IMG/VR virus record: IMGVR_UViG_3300034358_000008
Span: 248,001-312,000 of that record
Strand: one strand, 5' to 3'
Length of the DNA stretch: 64,000 bases
A program made the translations under genes and the position numbers. Shown here in pieces: positions 29,130-38,744 of this stretch; the first letter of the stretch is position 1, and each line of letters opens with the position of its first letter. Under the pieces are notes generated by a model. The model was not told the DNA's origin and did not search any database. It saw nothing but the letters and a program-made list of their open reading frames with translations.

Positions 29130-29159
29130 CAATAGAAAAATCTTCAGATTTATATCATA
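29130..29159 (+). promoter_or_regulatory. 30-nt repeated putative early promoter (TATATCAT core)
   Basis: CAATAGAAAAATCTTCAGATTTATATCATA, identical copy at 46594-46623. Confidence 0.7.
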
Positions 29160-29162
29160 GCC

Positions 29163-29522
29163 ATGTATCTGAAACCAATAACAGGTGAAATGATGTCAAG
29201 AGAATTGATTGGTGGATCTGATGGTGCAATGTCGACACTCATCATCGACCCCAGCTATGTAAGTTGTATTGATAAACCTCCTTCATTGGAGTCACATCAA
29301 CGTCGACGTGATGAAGAAGACGAAGCGCATGATGCTCGTCTGAATACACTTCGGGCTGAGATGGCCACGCGTAGTGCTAACGACGCTGTAGAAACATTAC
29401 AGCGCTATGCAGCTGAGTTGGAACCATTCGGTACCCGTACTAAACCTGCGAGCTGGTTCCGTCGTAAGTACATCCGTTGGACTTATAAACTGCACGAGAT
29501 CATCAAGATCATTCGGGAGTAG
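29163..29522 (+). CDS. hypothetical protein
   Basis: ORF up to 119 aa; true start may be a later ATG. Confidence 0.7.
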   Translation: MYLKPITGEMMSRELIGGSDGAMSTLIIDPSYVSCIDKPPSLESHQRRRDEEDEAHDARLNTLRAEMATRSANDAVETLQRYAAELEPFGTRTKPASWFRRKYIRWTYKLHEIIKIIRE

Positions 29523-29524
29523 TA

Positions 29525-29944
29525 ATGGATCAGAATTCGGTAGAATACCAAGAACGTCGAGAAAGTTTCCTCAATGGGCAGGAACGTTTGTTTGATCTGG
29601 TAAATGATCGACAAGGTGGCGTACTCAAGAAAGACCTCGGTGATGAGATCTACAAACTCTATACCACCGAAGGTCTGACAACCGTACAAGTAGCTGAACG
29701 TGTGGACTGTTGGGTTGAAGAAGGTCGTCCGGTAGTTGTACGTACACCAGAAGAGCAAGTAGACGAAGCACTTGACCGCGCGTTCTCTCTATCAGGCTTC
29801 GATGGTTCATGGCATAAAGAATACGCAATCGATCAAATGGTCCGTGCACTCACTGGTCCGAAGTATCGTGAATGGGTTGCCAAGTTCGAAGACGGTGAAG
29901 ACGGCCCACAAACGTACAGCTGGGAAACAGGTACACCGCCATGA
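29525..29944 (+). CDS. hypothetical protein with a recurrent phage C-terminal domain (DG-x-x-HK...IDQMVRAL...GEDGP...W-x-x-G-x-x-P)
   Basis: GGAG RBS; motif recognised from memory as common in phage hypotheticals. Confidence 0.75.
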   Translation: MDQNSVEYQERRESFLNGQERLFDLVNDRQGGVLKKDLGDEIYKLYTTEGLTTVQVAERVDCWVEEGRPVVVRTPEEQVDEALDRAFSLSGFDGSWHKEYAIDQMVRALTGPKYREWVAKFEDGEDGPQTYSWETGTPP

Positions 29945-30126
29945 GTTACTACCATCATCTATTCATAGTTTACGTTGACGCGGTTGTCTCGAGTTGTGAT
30001 ACCTTAGGGTTGTCTAATGACGAATCCCTTAAGCGTTCGCAGTGCTGCTGGGATCTGCAACAACGTATTCGTAAAGGCGGTACTATCGTTCGAATCACGG
30101 TGAATCCAATTGGTCGAATTGTGTAA
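29941..30126 (+). CDS. hypothetical protein
   Basis: ATGA overlap with upstream gene. Confidence 0.5.
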   Translation: MSYYHHLFIVYVDAVVSSCDTLGLSNDESLKRSQCCWDLQQRIRKGGTIVRITVNPIGRIV

Positions 30127-30424
30127 ACGTCCTATCCGTCGTAGTTCAGTGGTTGCCTATAAAGAAGGTGGTCATTTATTCTACGGGCGGGTTATCCGAG
30201 TTTTACCTAACGGTGATATCTTCTGGTTGTGCTGTGGACTTCATTTCCATATCACTCCAGTAGCCGACTTGCATCACTTGTCTTACAAAGGTCGCTACAA
30301 CTGGAAGAAACATTGGATTCCAATGACTAGCCTTAGGAGTCTTAAACTTCAGGCCACGCGGTACCATTATGAGTACGCTCATAACACGCCGCTCGACTAT
30401 CACCACATTCGGAGAAAGCTATGA
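30110..30424 (+). CDS. hypothetical basic protein
   Basis: 104 aa, overlaps both neighbours. Confidence 0.65.
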   Translation: MVELCKRPIRRSSVVAYKEGGHLFYGRVIRVLPNGDIFWLCCGLHFHITPVADLHHLSYKGRYNWKKHWIPMTSLRSLKLQATRYHYEYAHNTPLDYHHIRRKL

Positions 30425-30924
30425 ATATCTGTCCTACTGGTTACTGTGGTTATCCATGCATGTGTGCATCGTCTTACAACCATGTAAATGCCACAGACAC
30501 CAAAGAACTAATTGGTATCTTGAAGAAGCGTCTTACCACAATTGCTGAAGGCGTAGCTAGTAAAGATACCGGCGAAGCGATGGTCGAGTTTGCAACCAAG
30601 ACCGCTGTGATCAAAGTGATCCGTTGTGATAATGCGGTTCATCAAACAAACATCGAGTTGCACAAGTTTACCCCTAACTTGAATCCTGAGGGAATCAATG
30701 CCCTTAGTGGAATGTGTTCGATCCTAAAGGTTGGCGATACATTCAAATCTAAGGAAGGGTACGATCCAGATGCTACAGGTTGGATCAGTTACGAGATCGT
30801 CAACTATAAAGGTGAGATCTCTGTTCAGGTGGTCACTAAGTCTACAGCCTATCCCGATATGACCGCGTACATCGGCTTCGAAGATGGTCTAACCTATTAC
30901 CCAAAGGATGCACTCCCAGCATGA
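30421..30924 (+). CDS. hypothetical protein
   Basis: GGAG RBS, ATGA overlap downstream. Confidence 0.75.
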   Translation: MNICPTGYCGYPCMCASSYNHVNATDTKELIGILKKRLTTIAEGVASKDTGEAMVEFATKTAVIKVIRCDNAVHQTNIELHKFTPNLNPEGINALSGMCSILKVGDTFKSKEGYDPDATGWISYEIVNYKGEISVQVVTKSTAYPDMTAYIGFEDGLTYYPKDALPA

Positions 30925-31586
30925 ACGATATCCAAGAGATTGTAAAAGGCGCCGTTAACAATGCGGTAATGGAAGGTCTGGTTAAGCTGGTACTTAACCC
31001 ATACTTCCTGAAGATCCTCCAAGCCAGTGAGTTCAGCGCGTTGATTGATAACGTGTCGAAAGAATCGCAGGAACGAGAATTGCAATGGTTCCTCGACAAA
31101 GAGAGCGGGCCACGTCAGACAGCCGAAGAACAAGCTGCTGCTTTGCGTAGCCAGTTCGGTGAAGACGGTATGAAAGCTGTAGGTGGTCTACTGACTGGTT
31201 ATCATGAACCAATGATTCCTGAGGCTGTGGTACCGTTTAAGGTCGGCCAGAAAGTTGTGATCGAAGAACCGATTCCTAAGTTCGACCGTTACAACTTCCC
31301 ACTGCGTTCTGCTGGTTATGGTATCTGGGAAATCGGATTGAATAATCCACGGGTACGTGAAGCTGCTAATTTGTCGACTCGTGAGTTCTTCCGGGAGCAG
31401 GGTGCGATCAGTGGCTACGATGTTACTGATACAGTCATGTATTACGTATCGGACTTCGAACCATCGTCTTTTGTACATGTGCACAACGTGAGCCAAGGTA
31501 AGAACTTCCGTCTTGGCACCACCCTCGAGCAGTTCAATCAGTGGTTCAAGGCTACCTCCACTAAACTTGCTATTCTCGCTGACTGA
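30921..31586 (+). CDS. hypothetical protein
   Basis: 221 aa, ATGA overlap. Confidence 0.8.
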   Translation: MNDIQEIVKGAVNNAVMEGLVKLVLNPYFLKILQASEFSALIDNVSKESQERELQWFLDKESGPRQTAEEQAAALRSQFGEDGMKAVGGLLTGYHEPMIPEAVVPFKVGQKVVIEEPIPKFDRYNFPLRSAGYGIWEIGLNNPRVREAANLSTREFFREQGAISGYDVTDTVMYYVSDFEPSSFVHVHNVSQGKNFRLGTTLEQFNQWFKATSTKLAILAD

Positions 31587-31649
31587 TCCGCAATAAGTAA
31601 TACCCACAACTAATTCAAAACATCACTTTACGTAATAGGAAAATGTATC

Positions 31650-32072
31650 ATGGCTAAGACTACCAACACTGAACTGAAATCCCGCTCGTTCGCTACCGAC
31701 AACAACCTGGGTGAACACTACATCCTGAACGAAGCTAACAGTTTCGATGTTGCTGCTGATCTGTACAGCACCGTTGTACTGGAGAAGTGTGGTATCACTC
31801 TGGACCAACTGAAGAAGAAACAAAAGCTGGATGGTGAGTTCGCCAGTGCTTCTGTTCTCCTCGGTGGTGAAGCAGCTGATGCACGCTTCAAAGAAAACGC
31901 TGAGCTGTCTGAGATCTCTCTGAGTATCCCTATGGGTGGTTCGCAAACTCTGTCGGCTGTGTTCACCCGTGGTCAAGCGACTGTGGTTGCAATGAACACC
32001 AAGATCGAAACCGCTGAGATGAAACGCGTACTGGGTCACCTCGATGGTTTGTTCGCTGAAGTAGCGAGCTAA
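31650..32072 (+). CDS. hypothetical protein, probably highly expressed
   Basis: AGGA RBS; strong CTG/GCT/AAC codon bias. Confidence 0.85.
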   Translation: MAKTTNTELKSRSFATDNNLGEHYILNEANSFDVAADLYSTVVLEKCGITLDQLKKKQKLDGEFASASVLLGGEAADARFKENAELSEISLSIPMGGSQTLSAVFTRGQATVVAMNTKIETAEMKRVLGHLDGLFAEVAS

Positions 32073-32377
32073 TGTCTAGCCGCAGCTGTTTTACAAATCG
32101 GGTAAGTGACGCTGTAAAGGATAAGCTTGCTAAAGAAGCTACCCAGATTACAGCTAAACGCATGACCGATTACACAGCTGGCCTTAAGGATGGGGTAGAT
32201 CTCATCCTTAAGCTTACATCCAGTGCCAACTACGAAGACGGGGGCTTTAAGATCTTCCAAGTTGACATGATTCCAGTTGTGCACACCGAACCCGTTCAAA
32301 TGTTTAATCACGACCGTCCGTTAGGTTCACCCTGTGTGACTTTAATGGATGAGTTATGGAATAAGGTGAGTTCATGA
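32072..32377 (+). CDS. hypothetical protein
   Basis: TAATG coupling. Confidence 0.7.
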   Translation: MSSRSCFTNRVSDAVKDKLAKEATQITAKRMTDYTAGLKDGVDLILKLTSSANYEDGGFKIFQVDMIPVVHTEPVQMFNHDRPLGSPCVTLMDELWNKVSS

Positions 32378-32730
32378 TTCCTGCTCCACAAATGTCGGTT
32401 GAAGATCTCCGGCAACGTGTTAAAGAAGCTGCTGACTTGATTAACGAACCAAACTTCAAAGAACAGTTTGATCGTTATATTTTTCTGCGTCGATGGCTTA
32501 TCCGTTTCGCTAAGGATATAAGTCAGGCGGAAGAACATCGTATCGATGCCTTTATGTGTTCCGATGCATTGAAGTTTGCGATGAACGTTACTACCGGTGC
32601 AATGCTGAAGATGGCGAAGATGTTTGAATATAAGGAATCCGCACTATACGGAAAGCCTGTCGCTAATAATCCACCTGTCCGCCATTACTTTGCTCAGAAT
32701 CTCCTGACTTCCGCATGTCGAGTTAATTGA
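32374..32730 (+). CDS. hypothetical protein
   Basis: ATGA coupling. Confidence 0.7.
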   Translation: MIPAPQMSVEDLRQRVKEAADLINEPNFKEQFDRYIFLRRWLIRFAKDISQAEEHRIDAFMCSDALKFAMNVTTGAMLKMAKMFEYKESALYGKPVANNPPVRHYFAQNLLTSACRVN

Positions 32731-32731
32731 C

Positions 32732-33091
32732 ATGGGACTAGACTTAGATTTCTCACGCATTAAAAGAAAGACCGGTGAAGCCCTGTTGGATGAACGTGGT
32801 CAGATTGATTACTACGATGGTTCAGCGGCAGAGGAAGAGTTGCTCTACTACCGTAAGAACTGGTCAGTAATGGAGGCGTTGAATGAGATGTTTGAATATC
32901 CACCTCAGACAACGTATATCCCATTAACCAAATTGCAAGCGCATCATCTGTGGTACATGGTTCAACAGCGACGAGATAAGTCATGTGCTGTGACCAGGAA
33001 GAAGGGAGCTAAGTTCATTCAAGAGTTCGGTAATCTACTGAAAACTTTTGACTGGGATAACTATCTGCTGACTTTCAACTGGATCTCGTGA
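32732..33091 (+). CDS. hypothetical protein
   Basis: MGLDLDF start, L-x-Y-x-RKNW motif typical of a phage hypothetical family. Confidence 0.7.
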   Translation: MGLDLDFSRIKRKTGEALLDERGQIDYYDGSAAEEELLYYRKNWSVMEALNEMFEYPPQTTYIPLTKLQAHHLWYMVQQRRDKSCAVTRKKGAKFIQEFGNLLKTFDWDNYLLTFNWIS

Positions 33092-33179
33092 TTCTTTACT
33101 GATCATTGGTATACTGTAGGAGTTCCACACGGGCTCCTACAGATTACTTTTAATTTTTTGTTATCGATAGGAACTTGCA

Positions 33180-34238
33180 ATGTCGAACAAACGTACTTTC
33201 GTTGTAGTTGATGGTCCAGACTTCTCCGGTAAATCTACCCTCATGAAAGCTTTCCTCGCTCGGATCGAGCAGGAACAAATCCCATTCGTGGCTATCCGTG
33301 AACCGGGTAGTGTTGATGGTGCTCCATCTCTGGCTGAAGAAGTTCGTGCTACCCTGATCGCTAAGCGTGATGAAGTAGTGCATCCTGAAACTGACGTACT
33401 GCTGCATATGGGTTACCGTATCCAGAACGTCAAGAACGTAATCAAGCCTGCTCTGGATGAAGGTAAGTGGGTCGTATCCGATCGCTTCATCTTCTCGACG
33501 TGGTGTCTGAACGTTCAAGCTAACCTGCCAACTCATCCACATCTGGTTGAGATGTTCTACGGTCTGATGCCGTACGTACTGAAAGGTATTCCTGAGCCAC
33601 TGACTTTCATTCTGGATACTCCTCGTGAGATCCGTGATGCTCGTGCAGCCTCTGACGAACGCAAGAAAGACCGTTACGAGTCTCAGGCTAAAGACGTACA
33701 CGATCGCATTGAAGCAGCCTACGATCAACTCCGTAGTGCTCCTAGCTGTGTGTTCCTCGACGGTACCAAGTCTACAGAAGAACTGGTTGAGCAAATGCTC
33801 GTAACCGTTAAGGCTTTCAGTGAAGAACTTCAGGACCAGCTGGAATCTGAACAGGCTCGGACAGAAGTCGTTGAAGAACGTAAGCTGACTGCTGATGAAC
33901 GCATGCAAGAAGTGCGTAATGAACTTGATGCAGACGAATCTTGGGATCTCGATACCAAGTGTCATGAATACGTACGTGATCACATCACAATCGTAGCTGA
34001 CCGTTTGTTCCCAGGTGCTGAAGGTGAAGAACTGGTCAAGTACACCAAGGATGCTGAAGAGTTTTCCTTCAAGGCTGCTAAAGCCGTGTTCTTGAAATCC
34101 GGTGAAGACCGTACCATTTTCCATCCATCCCGGATCGGACAGATTAACCAAAAGGTTCACTCTGTTCTTAACTTCAGCTTCATGAAGGAGCAGTGGAACG
34201 AACTCTTCGATCGCGAAGGGATCAAACCCGCTGAATAA
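33180..34238 (+). CDS. tmk: thymidylate kinase with C-terminal extension
   Basis: VVDGPDFSGKST P-loop, REPG, VVSDRF, FILD. Confidence 0.92.
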   Translation: MSNKRTFVVVDGPDFSGKSTLMKAFLARIEQEQIPFVAIREPGSVDGAPSLAEEVRATLIAKRDEVVHPETDVLLHMGYRIQNVKNVIKPALDEGKWVVSDRFIFSTWCLNVQANLPTHPHLVEMFYGLMPYVLKGIPEPLTFILDTPREIRDARAASDERKKDRYESQAKDVHDRIEAAYDQLRSAPSCVFLDGTKSTEELVEQMLVTVKAFSEELQDQLESEQARTEVVEERKLTADERMQEVRNELDADESWDLDTKCHEYVRDHITIVADRLFPGAEGEELVKYTKDAEEFSFKAAKAVFLKSGEDRTIFHPSRIGQINQKVHSVLNFSFMKEQWNELFDREGIKPAE

Positions 34239-34241
34239 ACA

Positions 34242-34442
34242 ATGCCCGTAGACATTCCAGGACCAGATCTTTGGAAGTACGAGGGTTGTGAATTCCACTC
34301 CGTAGTTGGTGGCATGTTGATGCGTGTAATCTTTAAATGCGCTGATTCGAAGAACGTTACTGTCTGTAACTACTACCACCGAAACAATACTTGCAAGATC
34401 AAACTCAAATCGTTTCTCGAAAGCTTTACTCTAATCAAATAA
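34242..34442 (+). CDS. hypothetical protein
   Basis: 66 aa, operon spacing. Confidence 0.65.
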   Translation: MPVDIPGPDLWKYEGCEFHSVVGGMLMRVIFKCADSKNVTVCNYYHRNNTCKIKLKSFLESFTLIK

Positions 34443-34456
34443 GGAATCTTTGTAGC

Positions 34457-34696
34457 ATGGCCGACATCCTCTCCCTCTCTAGCCCTAAATACATTCGTGC
34501 AAGCGAATTGGCTGACCTCGGGGACTACGTAAACCGTACTTTCATTATTCGTAAGAACGGCGCCGTCAACGCAGTAAAGTTGAATGAAGTAAAGAACAAC
34601 ACTGTGTATTTGGAATACACCACAGAACGTCAGGATAAGTTTAGTGTACCACTGAACAAGTTCCTTAAATTCTACGAACTCCCTCAGAAGGTTTAA
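34457..34696 (+). CDS. hypothetical protein
   Basis: AAGGA RBS, ATG 34457. Confidence 0.7.
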   Translation: MADILSLSSPKYIRASELADLGDYVNRTFIIRKNGAVNAVKLNEVKNNTVYLEYTTERQDKFSVPLNKFLKFYELPQKV

Positions 34697-34699
34697 GCC

Positions 34700-35020
34700 A
34701 TGATTCGTACCGCTGGTAACATCATCGCATTAACGTCGTTGTTGTCTGGTGTACATTGCTACTTCTTGCATCACGAACGTTCTAGCGAAGTTGTAATCAA
34801 AGCTGGTAACATCTTACTGGGCGAAGGCATTCAAATGACTTCGGATCGATGTGCTTACCGCCTGAATGTCTACTTAGAAGTCGATGAACTGGTTGTAAGT
34901 ACATGGCATGACGGTGCAATGATTAATCAACTCCGCATCGTAGGTGACACGGTTGAAGATCGGCGAGACCTGTTGGCTAAGGTTGTCAAGATTCTCATGG
35001 GTGAAACTGTTTTCGAGTAA
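34700..35020 (+). CDS. hypothetical protein
   Basis: 106 aa, followed by terminator. Confidence 0.7.
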   Translation: MIRTAGNIIALTSLLSGVHCYFLHHERSSEVVIKAGNILLGEGIQMTSDRCAYRLNVYLEVDELVVSTWHDGAMINQLRIVGDTVEDRRDLLAKVVKILMGETVFE

Positions 35021-35028
35021 ACATAAAC

Positions 35029-35054
35029 TCCCTACCTTCGGGTAGGGATTTATT
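35029..35054 (+). terminator. intrinsic terminator
   Basis: TCCCTACC-TTCG-GGTAGGGA + TTATTT. Confidence 0.75.
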
Positions 35055-35066
35055 TCGTGAGGTTGT

Positions 35067-35315
35067 ATGATATCTGAAATCAAAGTGTGGATGCCTGAGA
35101 AGGGTTATAAGGATGCAGATCTAGGTGAATGTATCTTTGTGACTGACGACTTCGTCACGTTTGCAACGGACTATCCACCTGCTGCACTCCGATCACAACA
35201 GATGTGGAATAATGGTTGGGAGGTCTACGTTCAACCTGTGCTCTATACTTGGGTATCGGCGAATACGCCAAATAGGGGTTACGTTACCACTTACAAGCGG
35301 AGAACTCTAAAATGA
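35067..35315 (+). CDS. hypothetical protein, paralog family C
   Basis: GAGG RBS; FVT...GWE-x-Y...TTYK shared with next gene. Confidence 0.7.
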   Translation: MISEIKVWMPEKGYKDADLGECIFVTDDFVTFATDYPPAALRSQQMWNNGWEVYVQPVLYTWVSANTPNRGYVTTYKRRTLK

Positions 35316-35530
35316 GTTGGATTTATGAGAATGGCCAGTATCTAGGTAATGATGCTAAAATTGCGAGTATGGCGGATGGATTCGTAACGGTCGATAGTAT
35401 ATTCATTCCCGACGCTATTACGCTAGGCCTGTTCAAGCGTGATGGGTGGGAAATCTATAATGGTACTGTCCATAAAGATGAATCGCACGCAGTATTCAAA
35501 TATCGTACAACTTACAAAAAGGTGATCTGA
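35312..35530 (+). CDS. hypothetical protein, paralog family C
   Basis: ATGA coupling; same motifs. Confidence 0.7.
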   Translation: MSWIYENGQYLGNDAKIASMADGFVTVDSIFIPDAITLGLFKRDGWEIYNGTVHKDESHAVFKYRTTYKKVI

Positions 35531-35531
35531 C

Positions 35532-35930
35532 GTGGCAAGAAGATATGATTGGAAACGTCGCACGGAGTTATTGGTTGAAGCTGCTGGCGAGTATGCTGCT
35601 CACTGGGTGGGTACAGCTGGTACAACACGAGCGAAGATTAGTACCGTTAACCGAGGGGAACGGTTCTATATCGAATGGCGCCGTAATAAGACCAAGCAAT
35701 GGACTGCTGTACGTGTCATGAGTCGACATGGTCGAGATATTTACGTAGAGTTGAAACACGGTATAGTACTAACGGTAGCTGATTGGACGCTTCATAAAGG
35801 TGATTGGAAGAAACTGTACAAGCAACTTGAACGGACTATCTTTAAACATCTAACTACCGAACATGCTTCTCAAATTATGTCTAACGCTGATGACCGCTAC
35901 TACTGGGATTGCACATGTGTAAAGAACTAG
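35532..35930 (+). CDS. hypothetical basic protein
   Basis: GTG start, 132 aa. Confidence 0.7.
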   Translation: MARRYDWKRRTELLVEAAGEYAAHWVGTAGTTRAKISTVNRGERFYIEWRRNKTKQWTAVRVMSRHGRDIYVELKHGIVLTVADWTLHKGDWKKLYKQLERTIFKHLTTEHASQIMSNADDRYYWDCTCVKN

Positions 35931-36139
35931 AACTATACGCCACCGTGGTAAATGCACAATGCATTAGCGTATCGGAAAACTTTGCTACTATGGAAAGTGA
36001 TGTACCGATGACGGCTACTGAATTACAGGAGATGCTAGAACAACAATGGGAATCGATGTACGCCCCTGTTCTAGTGGGTGAAGGTACGACCTCACCCGTT
36101 TTCCATCAAACCTTTAAGAAAATCATTTTCCACGGCTAA
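35909..36139 (+). CDS. hypothetical protein
   Basis: 76 aa, fills operon gap. Confidence 0.55.
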   Translation: MHMCKELELYATVVNAQCISVSENFATMESDVPMTATELQEMLEQQWESMYAPVLVGEGTTSPVFHQTFKKIIFHG

Positions 36140-36150
36140 CAGGATAAGAG

Positions 36151-36843
36151 ATGAAAAAGTTTCATTGGAGTATAGTGTTACTGGTTTTGGTTATAGTGGT
36201 ACTATGCTTGGGACAAGCTAAGGCTGCTCCAATGCAGTACTTCGGTACTCCGATCTGGTACTCGAAGTTCACCCCTAACGAATTCGATTGCGTGTATGCA
36301 AAGGAAGCATCATTCGGATTCTGTGCTGATGCTCGGTACTACGAAGAAGCTACAGTTGGGTACACTCAGAAGAATGATCCTAATAAAGGTGTAGGTGTGC
36401 CCGTTAGGCTGTTTACTGAAGTGGTCTGCTTAGACACGATCTGCGCCACGAACTACGGTGAGCCTTACGGTTCATCAGTTGAACGCGGTGTGACGTACTG
36501 GTACGTTCCTGTGGGCTTCTACATGGACAATAGCACTGGTAAGACCCGTGTATACAAACATGGTACTGGTCCACGTGCAGATTACTTCTTAATGAAGGGT
36601 ATTAAACTGATCCCCGGTTATCAAGATCCACCTGTGGGTAAAGTACAAGTACCAAAAGATACTCTAGACCGTTACGATGTGTACTGCAACCAAGCTGATG
36701 AATGTAGCTATATGGGTCGGATCATGCTGGCCTCTCAACTTAAACAGTACATCCCAAAAGTACTAACTTACAATTGTTCCGGTCGGTTCTGCTATAACCA
36801 AGATAAGACCATTGCCGGACTTAACCCTCGAGACATGAATTAA
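36151..36843 (+). CDS. secreted/periplasmic Cys-rich protein
   Basis: MKK + hydrophobic core + AKA|A signal-peptidase-like site; several Cys in the mature part. Confidence 0.75.
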   Translation: MKKFHWSIVLLVLVIVVLCLGQAKAAPMQYFGTPIWYSKFTPNEFDCVYAKEASFGFCADARYYEEATVGYTQKNDPNKGVGVPVRLFTEVVCLDTICATNYGEPYGSSVERGVTYWYVPVGFYMDNSTGKTRVYKHGTGPRADYFLMKGIKLIPGYQDPPVGKVQVPKDTLDRYDVYCNQADECSYMGRIMLASQLKQYIPKVLTYNCSGRFCYNQDKTIAGLNPRDMN

Positions 36844-37227
36844 ATGGATATTTTAGGCGAACTCCAGAGTTACATTACGATTCAGGCTACATTTGAATTG
36901 TTCTTCCTTCTAATGGTTGGGCATGCACTTGCTGACTACGCACTGCAAAATGATTTTATGGCAGCAGCCAAGAATCATAAGACCGAACTAGGGAAGGTTT
37001 ATTGGAAATGGGTATTGCCCTCACACGGGTTGATCCATGCTGGGTTCGTCTATTTTATTGCTGGGTCATTTGTACTGGCTCTAGCGGAGTTCGTTATCCA
37101 CACGATCACAGACTACCTCAAGTGCGATGGTCGTATTGGATTCCAAACTGACCAATGGATTCATGTGGGTTGTAAGGTACTATGGGTCTTGTTGTTGGCC
37201 TTCGAAATCCCCTTTGTTCTGGAGTAA
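36844..37227 (+). CDS. DUF3307-family membrane protein
   Basis: GH-x-LADY-x-LQ, H-x-x-IH, H-x-x-TD-x-x-K, DQ-x-x-H motifs. Confidence 0.8.
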   Translation: MDILGELQSYITIQATFELFFLLMVGHALADYALQNDFMAAAKNHKTELGKVYWKWVLPSHGLIHAGFVYFIAGSFVLALAEFVIHTITDYLKCDGRIGFQTDQWIHVGCKVLWVLLLAFEIPFVLE

Positions 37228-37230
37228 GTT

Positions 37231-37683
37231 ATGAACCCTATGCAACAGTGTTTCTTTGGTATGACTCGTACAGAGATCGAGTCAGCCTGTAGTGGATGGT
37301 CTATACCTCACGATGTAATGGTAGCCGTTTTTACAGCGGTGTCTCCACAGAAGCATGAAGTCGGTACCGGCACCGGACCAACACTTCAGGACGTAATTGA
37401 TCATTTCATGAATGAGAAGGCATATGGCGAACTACGGTTGTTGCCTGACACGTTGTTGCAACATCAACTCGATAAGGCAATGCAGTACACTGCCTTAGAG
37501 GCTGGCGCATGGAATGATACTACGTGTTTCAAAGTAGCCAGCCTACGTTATCACATGGACCTTTACAACGTCGGTCAGTTTAGCTTCATGAACTCCAGCT
37601 GGTTCCGTAAAGAAGTCCAACCTACTGTTAATTCGGTTAAAGCCAAATTGAAACTTGCACTACCATTTATTAAGGAAATGTAA
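37231..37683 (+). CDS. hypothetical protein, paralog family D
   Basis: GTGPTLQDVIDH motif. Confidence 0.75.
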   Translation: MNPMQQCFFGMTRTEIESACSGWSIPHDVMVAVFTAVSPQKHEVGTGTGPTLQDVIDHFMNEKAYGELRLLPDTLLQHQLDKAMQYTALEAGAWNDTTCFKVASLRYHMDLYNVGQFSFMNSSWFRKEVQPTVNSVKAKLKLALPFIKEM

Positions 37684-37684
37684 C

Positions 37685-38095
37685 ATGGGACTCATGGGTA
37701 CAACTGAAGATCGTTTCTATAACCTTACCAAAGACCAGATGGCAACCCTTGCTCCGTCAGATCTACGTGTCATCATACGTAAAGCTTTTGATAATCCATG
37801 TACAGGTACGGGTCCTGGTCCTACGATGCAGGAGGTCATTGATCATTACTACGATCAACGTAACTATATCCTTTTCCGTAGAATGAACCCTACATCTATA
37901 CCGATGTTGGAAGTGTTGGATCTGTTGTTTACCTTTAACCGAAATGCTACCGCAGGTAGTCTTCCATGGTGTGTACCATCGATCTGTGAAGATAGTGATC
38001 AGGTCCACGGTATTGGCGACTTTGATTTCAAAGCCGCCCGTGAACAACACCCAGAAGTTGACAAGCTTTTGACTGATGCTGGTTGGGTTTCCTAA
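37685..38095 (+). CDS. hypothetical protein, paralog family D
   Basis: GPGPTMQEVIDH motif; AAGGA RBS, ATG 37685. Confidence 0.75.
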   Translation: MGLMGTTEDRFYNLTKDQMATLAPSDLRVIIRKAFDNPCTGTGPGPTMQEVIDHYYDQRNYILFRRMNPTSIPMLEVLDLLFTFNRNATAGSLPWCVPSICEDSDQVHGIGDFDFKAAREQHPEVDKLLTDAGWVS

Positions 38096-38105
38096 CGAAC
38101 ATATC

Positions 38106-38130
38106 GCCAGTCCTTCGGGACTGGCTTTAT
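38106..38130 (+). terminator. intrinsic terminator
   Basis: GCCAGTCC-TTCG-GGACTGGC + TTT; near-identical unit at 53348. Confidence 0.85.
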
Positions 38131-38193
38131 GCCTTTTTCTTTTTTGTGTTCAATGTAATGTATAGATAAGTCCACTCTGACACGGAGGGGGAC

Positions 38194-38676
38194 ATGGTGC
38201 TTACTTACAACACTGTCGACAAAATCGATATACAAGTAACTAATGGCATGTCTATTGGATACTTTGGGACAGAGGATGACCTTGCCGCGATCCCTAAACA
38301 GATTGGGGATTGGCTTCTAAAGACTGTACCGGATGACTATCGCCCAGGCGTTGGTTACATCGTAGCAGTCCCGTCGAATAAACGGACTCGGTTGTTGTAC
38401 AAGCAAGGTCGTCTTCGATGGCTAGAGGTAATTGGGTTTAATCCAAATCAAGCATTTAAATACATGAAGGCTGCTGAACGTGCTTCTCGGCGTTGGGACC
38501 ACCGTGTAGCTAAATTCGTGGTTGATAATTATACCCTTGATCCTTTCGTTATAGATGAGATCCTTAATAGTGCACTCCCACGGAATGTGTGCCTGGCTAA
38601 CGGGATTTACACTACATTAAACCATGGGAAGGTTCTTGCAGCCTGCAATATTCTCAAGAACCTAGCATCATTATAA
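38194..38676 (+). CDS. hypothetical protein
   Basis: GGAGG RBS. Confidence 0.8.
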   Translation: MVLTYNTVDKIDIQVTNGMSIGYFGTEDDLAAIPKQIGDWLLKTVPDDYRPGVGYIVAVPSNKRTRLLYKQGRLRWLEVIGFNPNQAFKYMKAAERASRRWDHRVAKFVVDNYTLDPFVIDEILNSALPRNVCLANGIYTTLNHGKVLAACNILKNLASL

Positions 38677-38744
38677 CTCGGAGGACTACGGTCCTCCATT
38701 TATTTTGCTTATTCATATGAAACTAATAACTTGGAGACGCCATA

